Shown here piece after piece: positions 39,735 through 53,200 of a stretch of DNA of 64,000 bases. This DNA comes from Dehalococcoidia bacterium (GTDB lineage: Bacteria; Chloroflexota; Dehalococcoidia; Bin125). The stretch covers positions 2,731,681-2,795,680 of the forward strand of contig OZ253504.1 of the NCBI GenBank assembly GCA_965262235.1, written 5' to 3'. A program made the translations under genes and the position numbers. The notes under the pieces are model-generated. The model was not told the DNA's origin and searched no databases. It was given only the letters and a program-made list of their open reading frames with translations. Every line of letters begins with the position of its first letter. The first letter of the stretch is position 1.

Positions 39735-40408
39735 CAGTGGCTTCCACAACACAGATCAAGGTCTTGCTCGTCGACGACCATCAGATCGTCAGGGAAGGCC
39801 TCCAGCAGCTACTCGAGATGACGGGCGACTATCAGGTGGTCGGCCAGGCCGGCGACGGGCACGAAGCGTTGGCCGCCGCGAAGGAACTGACGCCTGACGT
39901 GATCGTGATGGACGTCTTGATGCCCAACATGGACGGCGTCCAGGCCTGCCGCGAGATCCTTGAGCAGCTGCCCGATACCCGGGTCCTGATCCTCACGGCC
40001 TCCAATCAGGATGAAGCAGTGATCGACGCCGTGGCGGCCGGCGCAGCCGGCTATCTGCAGAAGTTCTCCGGCCGGGACGAGTTCCTCTCAGCCTTGCGAG
40101 AGGTCGCCGACGGACGATCGCGGATCCCGCTGAACGTCGTCAAACGCGCATTCGACTCGATCCGCAATGCGCCCGCAACCCCAGCCAAACCACAAAGCGT
40201 GACACTCACTGCTCGCGAGGAGGAGATCCTCACGCATTTCGCCCGGGGAAACTCCTACGCGCAGGTGGCCAAAATTGCGGGCAACAGTCCCATTACGATC
40301 AGAAATTCCATCTACCGCATTCAAGACAAGCTGGGCGTCAAGACCAAGCAGGAAATCGTCGTCTGGGCCGTACGCAACGGGCTGTTGGACGCCCCAGCAG
40401 GCTGCTGA
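39731..40408 (+). CDS. NarL/FixJ-family response regulator (REC plus LuxR HTH)
   Basis: VLLVDDH, DVIVMDVLMP, LTAREEEIL...IQDKLGVKTK; 4-nt overlap with the kinase gene. Confidence 0.95.
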   Translation: MTVASTTQIKVLLVDDHQIVREGLQQLLEMTGDYQVVGQAGDGHEALAAAKELTPDVIVMDVLMPNMDGVQACREILEQLPDTRVLILTASNQDEAVIDAVAAGAAGYLQKFSGRDEFLSALREVADGRSRIPLNVVKRAFDSIRNAPATPAKPQSVTLTAREEEILTHFARGNSYAQVAKIAGNSPITIRNSIYRIQDKLGVKTKQEIVVWAVRNGLLDAPAGC

Positions 40409-40887
40409 CGAAGTCGGGCGACCCGCCTGACGACCCAATGTGTGCAGGGGCATCCGATCCCTTCCCCATGTCGCCCCCCGAGGAGACCTGCGCGTAATCT
40501 CCATTTCCCCTCTCCCCCCGCTCGGCGGGGGGAGATGCCGAAGGCAGAGGGGGGCCGCGGTCCCGACTCACCGCCGTGCCTGTAGCTGGCCAAGCGGGGG
40601 CGCCCCCCTCTGTCACTCCGTGACATCTCCCCCCGCTGTGCGGGGGGAGAGGAGATCCGGATTCCGCTGACCACTCAATGTGGTCAGCGGGAGGCCGCGG
40701 TCCCGACTCACCGCCGTCCCTGTAGCTGGCCAAGCGTGGGCGCCCCCCTCTGTCACTCCGTGACATCTCCCCCCGCTGTGCGGGGGGAGAGGAGATCCCG
40801 ATTCCGCTGACCACTCAATGTGGTCAGCGGGAGGGAGAGTGATCCAGAGCTTCCCCAACTCCCACCGGCAGATTCTTCAGCACCCCG
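40398..40887. mobile_element. Candidate non-autonomous miniature element carrying REP-like hairpins
   Basis: Imperfect terminal inverted repeats CAGGCTGCTGACGAA (40398) and TTCTTCAGCACCCCG (40873); no ORF. Confidence 0.4.
40553..40834. repeat. Tandem 140-bp direct repeat (2 copies, 3 mismatches) with internal palindromes
   Basis: Units 40553-40692 and 40693-40832; TCTCCCCCCG-N5-CGGGGGGAGA hairpin at 40511, 40626 and 40766. Confidence 0.95.
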
Positions 40888-41294
40888 CCCGGAATCCATC
40901 CGCCGCAATGACGCCGATTCTGGATAACCGATTCTTCCAATCCCCTCTGCGGTCGGATGAGACCGTGCCCTGAGTCCGATGAGACCACACTGGACAAGTG
41001 GATATCCCGGGCAGTCCGACGAGCTGCCCCGACAATCAGGTGGACTGTGGTCATTTGTGATGGTAGATTCCCACACTCAGTAGATACAGAACGACCGCAG
41101 TGCGGTGAAGCGGTGAGGAGTGCCCCACGGAGATCGGCTGGAGCGGTTCGACCGCGCGGGCGCCGGCGTTCAGCGAGCGCTGCCAGCCATCCCCAGGGTC
41201 CCATGACTCTCAGCGACGATCCCGTGCCGCCGAGGCCAGCAGGGGCGAACGCGCTCGCGCTGCCGCCGCTCGCCGCACGAGCGAGCGCGGACGA

Positions 41295-44200
41295 GTGAAC
41301 GCCGAGTCGGCGCGCGGCGGCGGACCTGGCTGGGCCGGCTTCTGGCCGCAGCTCGCGCTGATCCTGCGCGGCGTTGCGGGCGCCGGGTGGGCGCGCGCAC
41401 GGGCGAGCTGGGCGCTGGCCCTGCTGGCCCTGCTGGCCCTGGCCGGGTTGGCGGCCGCCTGGGTGTTGCTCGCCGCGCCGGTAGCCGCTCAGACGCCCAA
41501 CGCCGATCTCAGCAGCCTCAGCGTCAATGGCACGCCGGTTCCCGACTTCGATGCGGACACCACGAGCTACACCGTCGGCGTCGCGCACAACGCCGCCAAT
41601 CTGATCACCGTCCTCGGCGTCGCCGCCGACAATAGCGCTTCTATCGCCTGCGAGGTCGACGAAGATATGAGCACCGACGGGTGCCAGATCGAGCTCGTAG
41701 CGGGCGGCGCGGACGATCTGATTCTGACCGTGACCAACGGCACTGCGACGGAGACATACACCGTCAGACTCAGCCGAGGCCGCGGCGGCGAAAAGCAGTG
41801 GAGACCCGAGCACGACATCTACGGCTTCGAGGACATCGGCCCTGGGCTCGGCATCGTGACGGACGGCGTCACGCTCTGGGCGGTGGATCCAGTGCCCATG
41901 AGTGGGAATGACAGGCTGGTTGCCTTCAACGTCGCGACCGGCGCGCGCGACGCGGCAAAAGACTTCCTGGTTCGCAACACCACGACGGTGTCCAACAACA
42001 ATCCCTTGACCGCGACGTTTGACGGCAAGTTCATATGGGTATCGAGACTAAAGAGCGGAGACGGAGCTAACAATAAATCGCGTGTGTATCAGTACGACTT
42101 GAACGGCGGTCAATGGCAGCCAATAGCGCAAGATCGACCGCTCGTGGCCATGAGCGAAACCGGGAAGCGAAGCAGAGGCATCTGGACCGACGGCGAGATC
42201 ATGTGGGTCGTCGACAAGGGCAACCAAGATAATCCGATGCCCGGAACCAAGTTCGGCAAGATCCTTGCCTACACCATCGACGGTGACACGGCTCTGGCAT
42301 CGCAGAACTTCGGATCGCTCGCCGATGCGAACGACGCTCCCCGAGGCATCTGGTCCGACGGCGTGACCATGTGGGTCGCCGACAGCGACGACAAGAAACT
42401 CTATGCCTATGTCTTGGCCACGAAGGCGCGAGATTCAGGCAAAGACATCGATCTTCGCTTGAGCGGCAATTCGAAAGTCTTTGGCCCGTACGGCATTACC
42501 TCAGACGGCCAGATCATCTGGGTCATGGGCGAGACCGGCGTCATCCACGCCTTCGACCTGCCCAACTCCGGCAACGCCAATGTGCGCACGATCGAGCTCG
42601 ACGGCAGCAGCGTCGAGGGATTCGATTCGAGCATGCTCAGCCAGACCTTCGGCTTCGACAACGACGCCCGTCCACAAATGCTGACGCTGTTCACGCAGCA
42701 GCACTACGCCACCGTGGCGATCAACAACGCTGCGATCGATTCGGGCTTGCTCGGGACGTACGACCATGAGATCGATCTGTCCTCGGCGAGCGCCGTCCTG
42801 AATGTCCGGCTGACTGCATCGAGCGGCAACACCACCAAGGTCTACACCTGGAGCTTCGGGCGCAAGCCTGCCCAGACCACCGTTGCCACCGTGGTCCCGG
42901 CCGGAGATGCGTTGGCGTTGGCGGTGACCTGGACGCAGCCCAACAGCGGGACTTCCGCCGTCACCGCCTACGACGTTCGCCACATCGCAAGCGACGCGTC
43001 GGACCAGGATGTTGAAGCGAACTGGACGGTGCAGCAGAACGCCTGGCAGACCGGCGGCGACGCTCTGACCTACACGATCGCTTCCGGTCTCACAAACAAT
43101 CAGGAGTACCGCGTGCAGGTGCGCGCGCGCAACCAATTCGGCGACGGACCCTGGCAGTCCCCGGAAGACTCCGCGACGGGCACGCCGGTGTTTGCTTCGA
43201 TCGATGTCACCGGTCTGGAAGTGGCGGGCCGCTCGGTCCCCGAATTCGCTGCCACGGACCTGACCTACACCGTCGGCGTCTCGGGGGAGGACAGCAACAG
43301 CACAGTCAATCTCGTCGCCATCGGGGACTCCAGCGGCGCCACCCTGAGCTGCAGCACCGACATCGACAGCGATGCCGACAACGGTTGCTCGGTCGCGATC
43401 GCGAAGGGTGGAACGGCCACGGTGACGCTGACGGTGTCGGCCGGCGGTGATTCGGATGCCTACAGCGTCACGATCAACCGGGGACACGACGAAACGTTCA
43501 AGTGGAAGGCCAGCGAGGACATCTACGGATTCGCCGGCACCGATCCTGGAGACCGATTCGGCCGGGGCATCACCTCCGACGGGACGACCATGTGGGCCGT
43601 CGATAGCGCGAGCGGCGTCAATAGGGACAATAGGGTCCTGGCCTTCCTGTTGCCCAAGGACCCGGCCAACTACGAGCGCACGGATGACCTGGACATCCCG
43701 ATCGCAACCCTGAGGACCCACATAGCGTCCACCGGGATCACAAGCTTCGGCGACAGCGTCCTGGTGGTTCGCTCGCCGCGAGAGGCCAATCAAACCGGGG
43801 CCAGAGTGTACATCTACCAGCGCATGGGCGGCAGTTGGCAGTCGACCACCACACTGGACGCGATGAACGGCCTGAACAGGGACATCCAGGGCATCTGGTC
43901 CGACGGCGAGACGCTGTGGGTGGCGGACGGCGGCAGCACCGCGCGGATCCTCGCGTATTCCATTGCTGACGATCGCACGGACTCCAGCAAAGACTTCAAC
44001 ACACTCGCCGCCGCCGAGAACGAGAGTCCCAGGGGCATCTGGTCGGACGGTGAGACGATGTGGGTGGCCGACTCCGCTGAGAAGAAGCTGTACGCCTACG
44101 ACATGACGTCCAAGGCCAGAGTCGCGGGCAAGGAATTCTCCAAGGCGAATCTGATGGCCCGAGGCACCACCGCTGGCACTGCGATCGACCCCTGGGGCAT

Positions 44201-47200
44201 CTGGTCCGATGGCGAGACGATGTGGATCGCTGACTCCAGCGAGAATATCTACTCGTTCACGATGCCCGTGTCGACCAATGCCGATCTGCGCCGGGTACAA
44301 GTCAATGGCACAGATGTGGAGAACTTTAATCCCGATTCGGCCGCCCAGTCCTTCAGCGTCGCCAATGAGCTGACCGCGCTGACCGTGACGCCGATCACGC
44401 GGCAAATCAAGGCCACGGCCGCATTCACCTCGACCGACTCCGACCTGAACACCGACGGGCACCAGATCGACCTCTCGACCAGCGCTGCCGCGGTCAATAT
44501 CACCGTGACGGCGCAGAACAGTACGACCACGAAGACCTACGCGCTCACATTCGGACGTCTGCCGGCGCTGGCGACGATCGCCAACGTCACGCCCGGCGGC
44601 AGCAGCCTGACGATCACCTGGACGGCGCCCGACCGGGGCACCTCGGCGATTACGTCCTACGATGCGCGCTATATCAAGAACTCCGCCTCGAGAAAGGATG
44701 TCGACGGCAACTGGACAGTGCAGACCTCGATCTGGCCGAGTGGCCCCCTGAGCGCCACGATCAGTGGTCTGGAGAACGACATCGAGTACTTGGTCCAGCT
44801 GCGAGCTGTCAACAGCAGCGGCGCCGGCCCCTGGCTTCCGTTCTCACGGATCGACGAGTCGGAGACGGGAACGCCCGCTGCGGTGGCGACGCCGCTGAGC
44901 AGCATCACCGTCAATAGCGCAACGGTGCCCAACTTCGATCAGAGCGAGACGAGCTACACCTTCGGCCTGGCCGACGGTGTCGCCACGGCCACCGTGGTCG
45001 GCACGGCGGCGAGTTCGTCGGCGACCGTCACCTGTAGCAGCGACACCGACGGTGATCCGTCCAACGGTTGCACGGTCGCCGTCGGCGCCGACACTGGGGT
45101 CGATCTCACTCTGACCTCCACCATCGGTACGAACTCCACGGCGTACACCGTGACGCTTGATCGCGGCGCGACCGGAACGTTTGGTTGGGATGCCGACGCC
45201 GACCGCTATCTGAAGAACCAGGACGTCACGGTCGGCTATCGCGGGATTTGGTCCGATGGCACGACGATGTGGGTGGCCTATTCGAACTCGGCGAGTTCGG
45301 AGCTGCAGGCCCTGGTCCTGGCTAGCGGCGTGCATGACCCGTCGAACGACATTCCGATTGGGACGATGATCCACACGATCGACGGGTCGGACTTTAGAGC
45401 CCAAACGCCGGTCGGAATCATGGGCATCGCGGGCATGGGCAACCGCCTCTGGGTGGCCGACATCAACACTGGTGTGGGTGGTACCACTCAGAAGGTGCTG
45501 GCCTTTGAGCTGAATGACCAGGACGAATGGGTTGTCAGCCCAGGGTGGGCGCGAAAAGGGACGAAAGAATTCCTGGGCAACACCATGCGGGGCATCTGGA
45601 CCAACGGGGAGCTGTTCTGGGCTGCCTCGGACGACACGGACGGAATTGATGCCGTCGATAACTACGACGGCAACCTCCTGGCATTCGTCCTGTCCGGCGA
45701 GTTCTCCGGCTCCAAGCCGGACAGTCTGGTAACTAGCGAGAGATTCTACCCGCCTAGGCCGGCGGGAAACCTCAGCATGCGCGGCGTCTGGGCGGATGGC
45801 GAGACCGTCTGGGTCGCGGACCAGACAGACGGCAAGGTCTACGCCTACAACATGGTGAGCAAAGCCCACGTCGAGAGCAAGGACTTCCCACGTGCGCAGC
45901 TGACCATCAAATCCGAGACGCCTTCGCCCTGGGGCATCTGGTCCGACGGCGAGACGATGTGGGTGATCCACACCGGGACGGCGGTCGTGCGCGGCTACGA
46001 GATGCCGGTCTCGGTCGGCACCGGGCTGCGCTACCTCCGCTCGCAGGACAAGAATGTCAACGGCTTCAGAACGACGCTTACCACCCAGTCGGTCGGCGTC
46101 CCCCACGATTCGGCGATGCCGACGATCACGGTGGGTCCGCGCAATCGCTTCGCGAGCGTGGCCATCAGCTCGACGGACGCCGACGAGAACGACGACGGGC
46201 ACCAGATTGACCTGAGCTCGGGAACCGCGACGCTCAACTTCAGCGTGACCGCCCAGGACGGCACTACGACGCAGGCGTACGTGATCACCATCGGGCAGGC
46301 GCCGGACGAAGTGTCGACCCCGGGCGTGACCCCCGGCGCCGGCAGCCTCACGGTGACCTGGACCGTCCCCGACGAAGGCGGTTCGACCATCACCGGCTAC
46401 GACCTGCGCCACGCCAACAGCAGAGAGGGAGACGACCTGAAGTACTCGGGCCCCTGGACGGTAATCGATGATGTCTGGGTGACAGACGGCGGCGACCTGA
46501 CGGCGACGATCACCGACTTGACCGTTGGCACACCGTACTACGTCCAGATTCGGGCCAAGAACAGCTTTGGCACGGGCGCCTGGCTGCCCTTCAGCCGGAT
46601 CGATGAGTCCGGCGAGGGCACGCCGCTCATGGTCGGGTCCGACGACACCACGCTGAGCGTCCTGTCGTTTACGCCGGGAACGATGACCCCCCCATTCAGC
46701 CCGATGCAGCAAAGTTACACCGTCAACGTGAGCAAGACCACCGAGCAAGTCACGGTCGTCGCCATGCCGACGAACAGCGCGGCCGAGCACCTCATTCGCC
46801 AAAACAACATGACGATCACCGACGAGGACACGGGAACCCCGGGATTCCAGTTGAAACTCACGAACGGTGCGACCAGGACGGTAGTGGTACAGGTCACCGC
46901 CGGGAATGGCGCCACGCGCGACTACGTCATCGGCATCGTGCGGCCGGCGCTGTCGAGCGAAAACAGGCTGAGCAGCGTGACGATTACCCTCGGGACGCTG
47001 GACCCCTCATTCGTATCCGGTACCAAAACGTATACCGTGGCGATAACGGACGCCTGTGCGAGCCGGATCACTGTGGTGGCCGTCGCGCAGAATGAGTTTG
47101 CCACGCTCAGGTTTACTTCAGGGGCCGGCGACACTCCGGTGCTGACCGATGCCGACACCGTACTGCCTGGCTTCCAGATCGACGTGCCGAATGCCTCGAC

Positions 47201-50200
47201 CATCTTCCGCATCTACGTTGTAGCGGAGAATGGCGACGAAACCCACTACCAGTTCACCGTGACAAAGGTGGGCGTATGCCGGGCGGAGCTACCGCAAGTC
47301 AGCATCGCCACCAGCACGATGGGCAGCCCTGATGAAGGCGACAGCATCGCCTTCACCGTCACCCGCGATGAGGGCAGCGAGGACGCGCTGGCTGTCCTGG
47401 TCAATGTGACCGAGTCGGGCGGACCGATGCTGGCGAGCGGCGACAAGGGATCACAGACCGTGACCATCGCTGCGAACGCAACCGCGGCGACTCACACGAT
47501 CACGACTCTCTCGGATACTACATTGGAGGACCACACGACGGTTACGGTTGCGATCAGCACCGCCGCCGACACGTACAGGATCGATAGCGCGGCGGCTTCG
47601 GACTCGATCGAGGTGCTGGACGACGATGTACCATCGAGCGTGAATACCAGTTTGGGCGTCAGCCCGAGCAGCACCATCGAAGGCAGCACAGTAACGGTTA
47701 CAGCCACGTTCTATTACACCGAGAAACTTCTGCCCCATGGAGACGTTGGCCCGATCAGGCTGCACACCGGCGCTGCAGGCGACTCGGCCACGTCGCCGGC
47801 GGACTACAATGCGTTTGATCGGACGATCGTGCTGCAGCCGGGGGAGTTCGCGTTGGTGAACGGTCTATACACGGCGACTGTCACCGAAACGATCGATATC
47901 GTCAAAGATGAGGAGGCGGAAGGAGATCACGACTTCAAGGTCCAATTGTCAAGTGTGGGCACGCCCAACACCACGTTCAATCTACCGTCACCGATCACGA
48001 TCACAATCACAGAAAGTAGTGAAGCCCGGCTCAACGCTCTGACTCTGGACCCGGGCGTGTTCGATAACACTACGCCGTTCCATCCGGGCACGCTCATTTA
48101 CCGCGTAGCCGTTCCCACCATTGCCTCGCAGATCACCGTTGCTGCTACCCCGACGAACACATTTGCCACCTGGGTGGTGCTGGACGGCGGCGACACGGAG
48201 CTAAGCGATGCTGACAGCGTGCTGGACGGTTTTCAGGTCGCGGTCCCGTTCGGCGACAGCACGATCACGATCAAGGCGACGTCGCAGGATGCTACAGCCA
48301 CGAAACTGTACGTGATCACCCTGACGCGCGTTGCGCCGGACGTCCCGTTCGTCGAAGATGCGGCGTTGAGCGACATTTCCGTCAACGGCACGTCGCTCCG
48401 CGGGTTCTCCCCGGATCGGTCCGCATACGTGTACGAGACCGGTGCCAGTGCGGTGACCGTCGCGAGGACACCGCGCTCACATCTCGCAGATGTGACCAGC
48501 GAGACCGCCGACAGCGACGACGGCACGGACGGGCACCAGGTCGCCGTCGCGGGTGAAATCTCGCTGTACGAGGTGAGTCTGGAATCAGAAGACAACAACG
48601 CCACTATGTCGTACCAGGTCCTGTTCGGCTCCGGTGTGACGACGGATTACGGATGGTCGGTCGAAAAGGACATTCATGCGTTGGCGGATGGTCAAGTTAC
48701 GGATGCCGGCATTTCGGGCGATGCGTCGTCCGTGTACGTTGTCGACGACGTACACGACGACGTCCGCGTCCACAGGATCGAGAACGGGGCTTACGAGGTC
48801 AGCTTCGCTCTTGCGACGGACAACGAGGACCCGCGCGGCATCTGTATCGCCGGCGACATGATATACGTGTCTGACTACGCGGACGGGAAGGTCTATGCCT
48901 ACCACGAGCTCCAGAAGCACCATTTGGCTGATGAAGACATAGACCTGGCGGGCGCCAGTCCGCAGCCGATGGGCATCTGGTGCGACAGCGAATGGCTCTG
49001 GGTGAACCAGGCCAGTACTGGCACGAATCGAGAGATGCGTGCGTATCGTCTGTCGGACGGGTCCGAGGACGCCAGCAAACGAATCACGATCAATGATGCG
49101 ACCTATTTCTGGTCTGATGGCGAAGTGATTTGGGTGAACTCGAGCCAGGGCGTATCGCCCGCGACGGTGACGTTCCCTGCGTACAACCTCAGTGGCGGTG
49201 CGCTGAACTCCGATCGCCACATCAGCCTGTCGGCGGAGGCGGTCGCCGCGGGTCTGGGGGAGGTCGCCGGCGTCTGGGCCAACCGGCAGACGCTCTGGGC
49301 GGCCAGCCCCATGTACCACCGGTTCCTCTCCTTCAATGTGCCCGAAGTGCCTGACGTGAGCATCGCGGCGCCGAGCGGCACGCCGACGGAGGGCGAGGCG
49401 TTGGAGTTCGTCATCAGCCGCACGGGTTCCACGACCGAAGCGGTGACGATCAATCTGGCCGTCAGCGAAGATGATGCCGGCGATATGGTCGCGGCCGGCG
49501 ACGAGGGATCGAAGACGCTCGTCCTGGGCGCCGGCGTCACCTCGGCGACTTACTCGTTGAGCACGGTCAACGACACCGACTGGGAAGAACAGTCGACCGT
49601 CACCGTGCGCCTGCGGTCAGGCGACGGCTACACGGTCAGCATGACGGCGGGCAGCGCGAGCAAGCAGGTGTTGGACAATGACTTCCCTGTGACCGAAGTC
49701 GTCCTAAGCATTAAAGAGAATCCGGTCGACGAGGGCATGAGCGTTAAGGCGACGGTTACGATGACCACGAGCGGGGACGAAGGCCCGCACGCCCACAGCC
49801 CGACGGTCACGCTGCAAACTGAGGATGACACGGCCACGGCGCCGGGTGACTACGCGGCGCTCGCGTCGACGGAAGTCAGCTTTCCGACCAGCGAGTTCAA
49901 GCGAGAGGCTCTCAACGATCTCCCGGCCGAAGAGGACTTCCGTTTCGTAGCGAGCCGAACGCTGACCATCCAGACGGTCAACGACTCGGCGCCCGAGAAT
50001 AGCGAGAGCTTCCGCGTCGTCATGGCCAAGGATCAGACCAGCTCGCAGGTCGACAAGCTAACCCTTATGGGCACCCCGGCCGAGGTGATGATCGCGGCGA
50101 GCGATTTCCCGGCGGTCAGTATCCGCGGCCCCACAGGGACATTCACGGAGGGTGACACCCTCGAGTTCACCGTCTCGCGTTCGGCGGCCCACAGTACGGA

Positions 50201-53200
50201 GCTGGTTGTCAATCTCAAGGTCTCCCGTGGGGCCGCGATTATCCACCCGGAAGATACAGGTTCAAAGACCGCCAACATCGCGGCAGACGAACGGGAGGGC
50301 ACGTTCACTGTCAGGACAACGGCTGACACGGACTATGAAGAGCACACCATGATCATGGTCGAGGTGCTCGATGGCGACGGGTACACGATCAATTCGTCGT
50401 CGCAGCGCGTCGAGATCGACGTACAGGACGACGACATCGCACCCGCCACAGCGTGGTTGACGGTGTCGAGTAAGGAAGTGAGCGAGGGTCAAAGCGTCAT
50501 GGTCACGCTGACCGTGGAGACGAAGGCCGACCTTGTGCCGCACGGTGGCAGCGGGGAGATCCGTCTGCGGGCCGTGTCCGATACGGCCACGTCGGGCGAC
50601 GACTTCGAGGCGCTGGACGAGAAGATCACGTTCGCCGCGAACAGCTTGATCGCTACCGGTGTTCCGAACACGGACGATAATCGATATCGAGGAAGCGTCA
50701 CGCGGACGATTCTGATCATCGACGACACTCGCAGTGAGAACGCCGAGCAATTCGCCGTGAAGCAAGAGCCGGTGTCCGGGGGGTCCGATCCCACTGCGTC
50801 CGGATTGGATCTTGTCTCCCCGACCAGCATCAATGTCGAGATTCGTCGCAGCGACTTCCCGCAAGTCAGCATTTTGTCCACAGCCCCAACGGGGCCAATC
50901 GTCGAGGGTGCGGCTGCCAACTTCTCGATCACACGGTCGGCAGACACAGCGGGCAGCGCGTTGATGGTCAACGTGAATGTTTCGGAGAGCGGAGCGATGG
51001 TCGAGACCGGCGAGGGACCTCGCATAGCCAGCTTTGACGCCGGTGCCACCACGTTCGACCTGACCATCAACACTGACGACGACGACACGTGGGAGGCCGG
51101 CTCGACGATCACGGTCGAACTCGAAGACGGCGACATGTACTCCGTCAGCGCGTCGAACGGCAGCGCAACCAGGGCTGTGACGGATGATGACTTCCCCGCA
51201 GCGAATGCTGTACTGATGGTGGACCCGACATCGGTGGACGAAGAAGACGGGAGCGTCACGGCGACGCTGACGATCACCACCGCGGGGGACCAGCAGCCCA
51301 ACGGCCCCGCGGGGGCATTCACGATCGCGACCAGTTCGCCAACCTCCGTGAGTAGCGCGCTGCCGGGCACGGACTACACGACGGTCAATAGCACGCTGGT
51401 GTTTGCGCTGGCCGACTTCGCCCAGACGGACGTGTCCGACACCTCCTCCCCGCCCGACCTCCGCTGGGAGGCCAGCAAGGAAGTCACGATCACCACGCTG
51501 GATGATGAGCTCGATGAGGGCGACGAAGTCTTCAACGTGGGGATGAGCGCCAATTCGACGCACGCGACTCCGGCGAGCCCCAACGTGACGCTGGAGGCTC
51601 CCACGTCGATCCCGGTCACGATCAATGCCAGCGATAAGCCGGAAATCAGCCTCACTTCGGGTACGGGTGACATCGCTGAAGGCGACGCCATCACGTTCAC
51701 GATCTCTCGCGGCACGGCGACGACGAGCGAGCTTGTCGTCAACGTCACTGTTGCCGAGACCAGCACGTTGATCGCCGACACGCAGGAAGGTGCGAAGACG
51801 GTAACCATCACGGCGAACCAGCCCTCGGCGACGTTGACCATTCAGACGGAGACCGATACGGCCTGGGACGAGCACGGCACGGTGACCGTGGCGCTGGCCG
51901 CTGGCGATCGCTATTCGCTCAGCGCGACCGCGAATAGCGTGACTCGCGACGTCAAGGACAACGACCTTCCCGCCTCGACGGCGAGATTCGAGTACTCCGG
52001 CACGGGCGTAGAGGGCACGAGCGAGACACTCTATCTCGTGATCGATACCGATGGGGACCAGCAGCCGCACAAGGACGCCGGGGGCTTCATCGTTGCCACC
52101 AGCGCTGGCACGGAGACATCCGAAACCGACTTCACCGCGATCGACGACGTGAAGGTGGTCGCTGCGCTGGGCGACTTCACCCGCGTCGCCGCCGACGAGA
52201 CTGATGCGGAGGATTGGCGCTGGCGTGCGAAGAAGTCGGTGGCCGCGTTGGCGATCACTGACGACGAAGTCGAGGAAGAAGCTGAGGCCTTCACGATCTC
52301 GGTCAGCCGGAGCACCGAGGGCGACGACATCGGCGATCCGAACGTCACACTTCCCAGCGATCTCACCGTGACGATTCCGAAAAACGACACCCGCCTCGAA
52401 TCGGAGGACGCGGAACTGTCGGCGCTCACGATCACGTCAGTCACGCTGAGCCCGAGCTTCAGCCGTGACCGAACCAGCTACACGGGAACCGCTGCCGGAT
52501 CGGTCGCACAGGTCACCGTGACGCCGACCAAGAGCGACGACAAAGCCTCATTCAAATACCTCGACGTCGACGACATGCCATTGACGGACGCCGACAATGC
52601 GGCCGGATTCCAGGTCGACCTGGACCAGGGACCGAACACGATCAAGATCAAAGTGACGGCGGAGGACGACCGGGAATCCATGACGTACACCGTCACGGTG
52701 ACTCGAGAACCGCTGGTCAGCATCAGTGTTGCCGCCGGCGACGTCATCGAGGGCGGCGATGTGGTGTTCACCGTCACGCGCGGTCACGTCACCGATAGCG
52801 CGCTGCTGGTGAGGATCATGGTCAGCGAAGACGGTGACGTGGTCGAGCGCATCGACCCGAATGGTGAGTATCGGGAGATCTTGGCCGATGCGGCCACGAT
52901 CCAATTGACGGTGAGCACCGTTGACGATGATCCGTTCGAGGCGCACTCGACGGTCACCGGCACTGTGGTTGCGGCGACCGGTTACGCGCCGCACGGAACC
53001 GAGGCCAGCGCCTCCAGGCAGGTGCAGGACAACGACTTCCCGGCCAGCGAGCTGAGCATCACGCTGTTGAACGGCGAGGTCGAGGAAGGCGACGAGGTGA
53101 GTCTGACCGTGAGGATGCTCACGGACGGCGGCGAAAGGCCGCGCACGACCACCCCGAGCGGCGAGTTCCGGTTGGTGGCCGCCAGTGGAACAGCAATCAG

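Noticed and set aside
40553-40834. CRISPR array or DGR template/variable repeat
   Set aside because: Only two 140-bp units without spacers; mismatches are G/C and G/T, not adenine-specific; no cas or reverse transcriptase gene in the window
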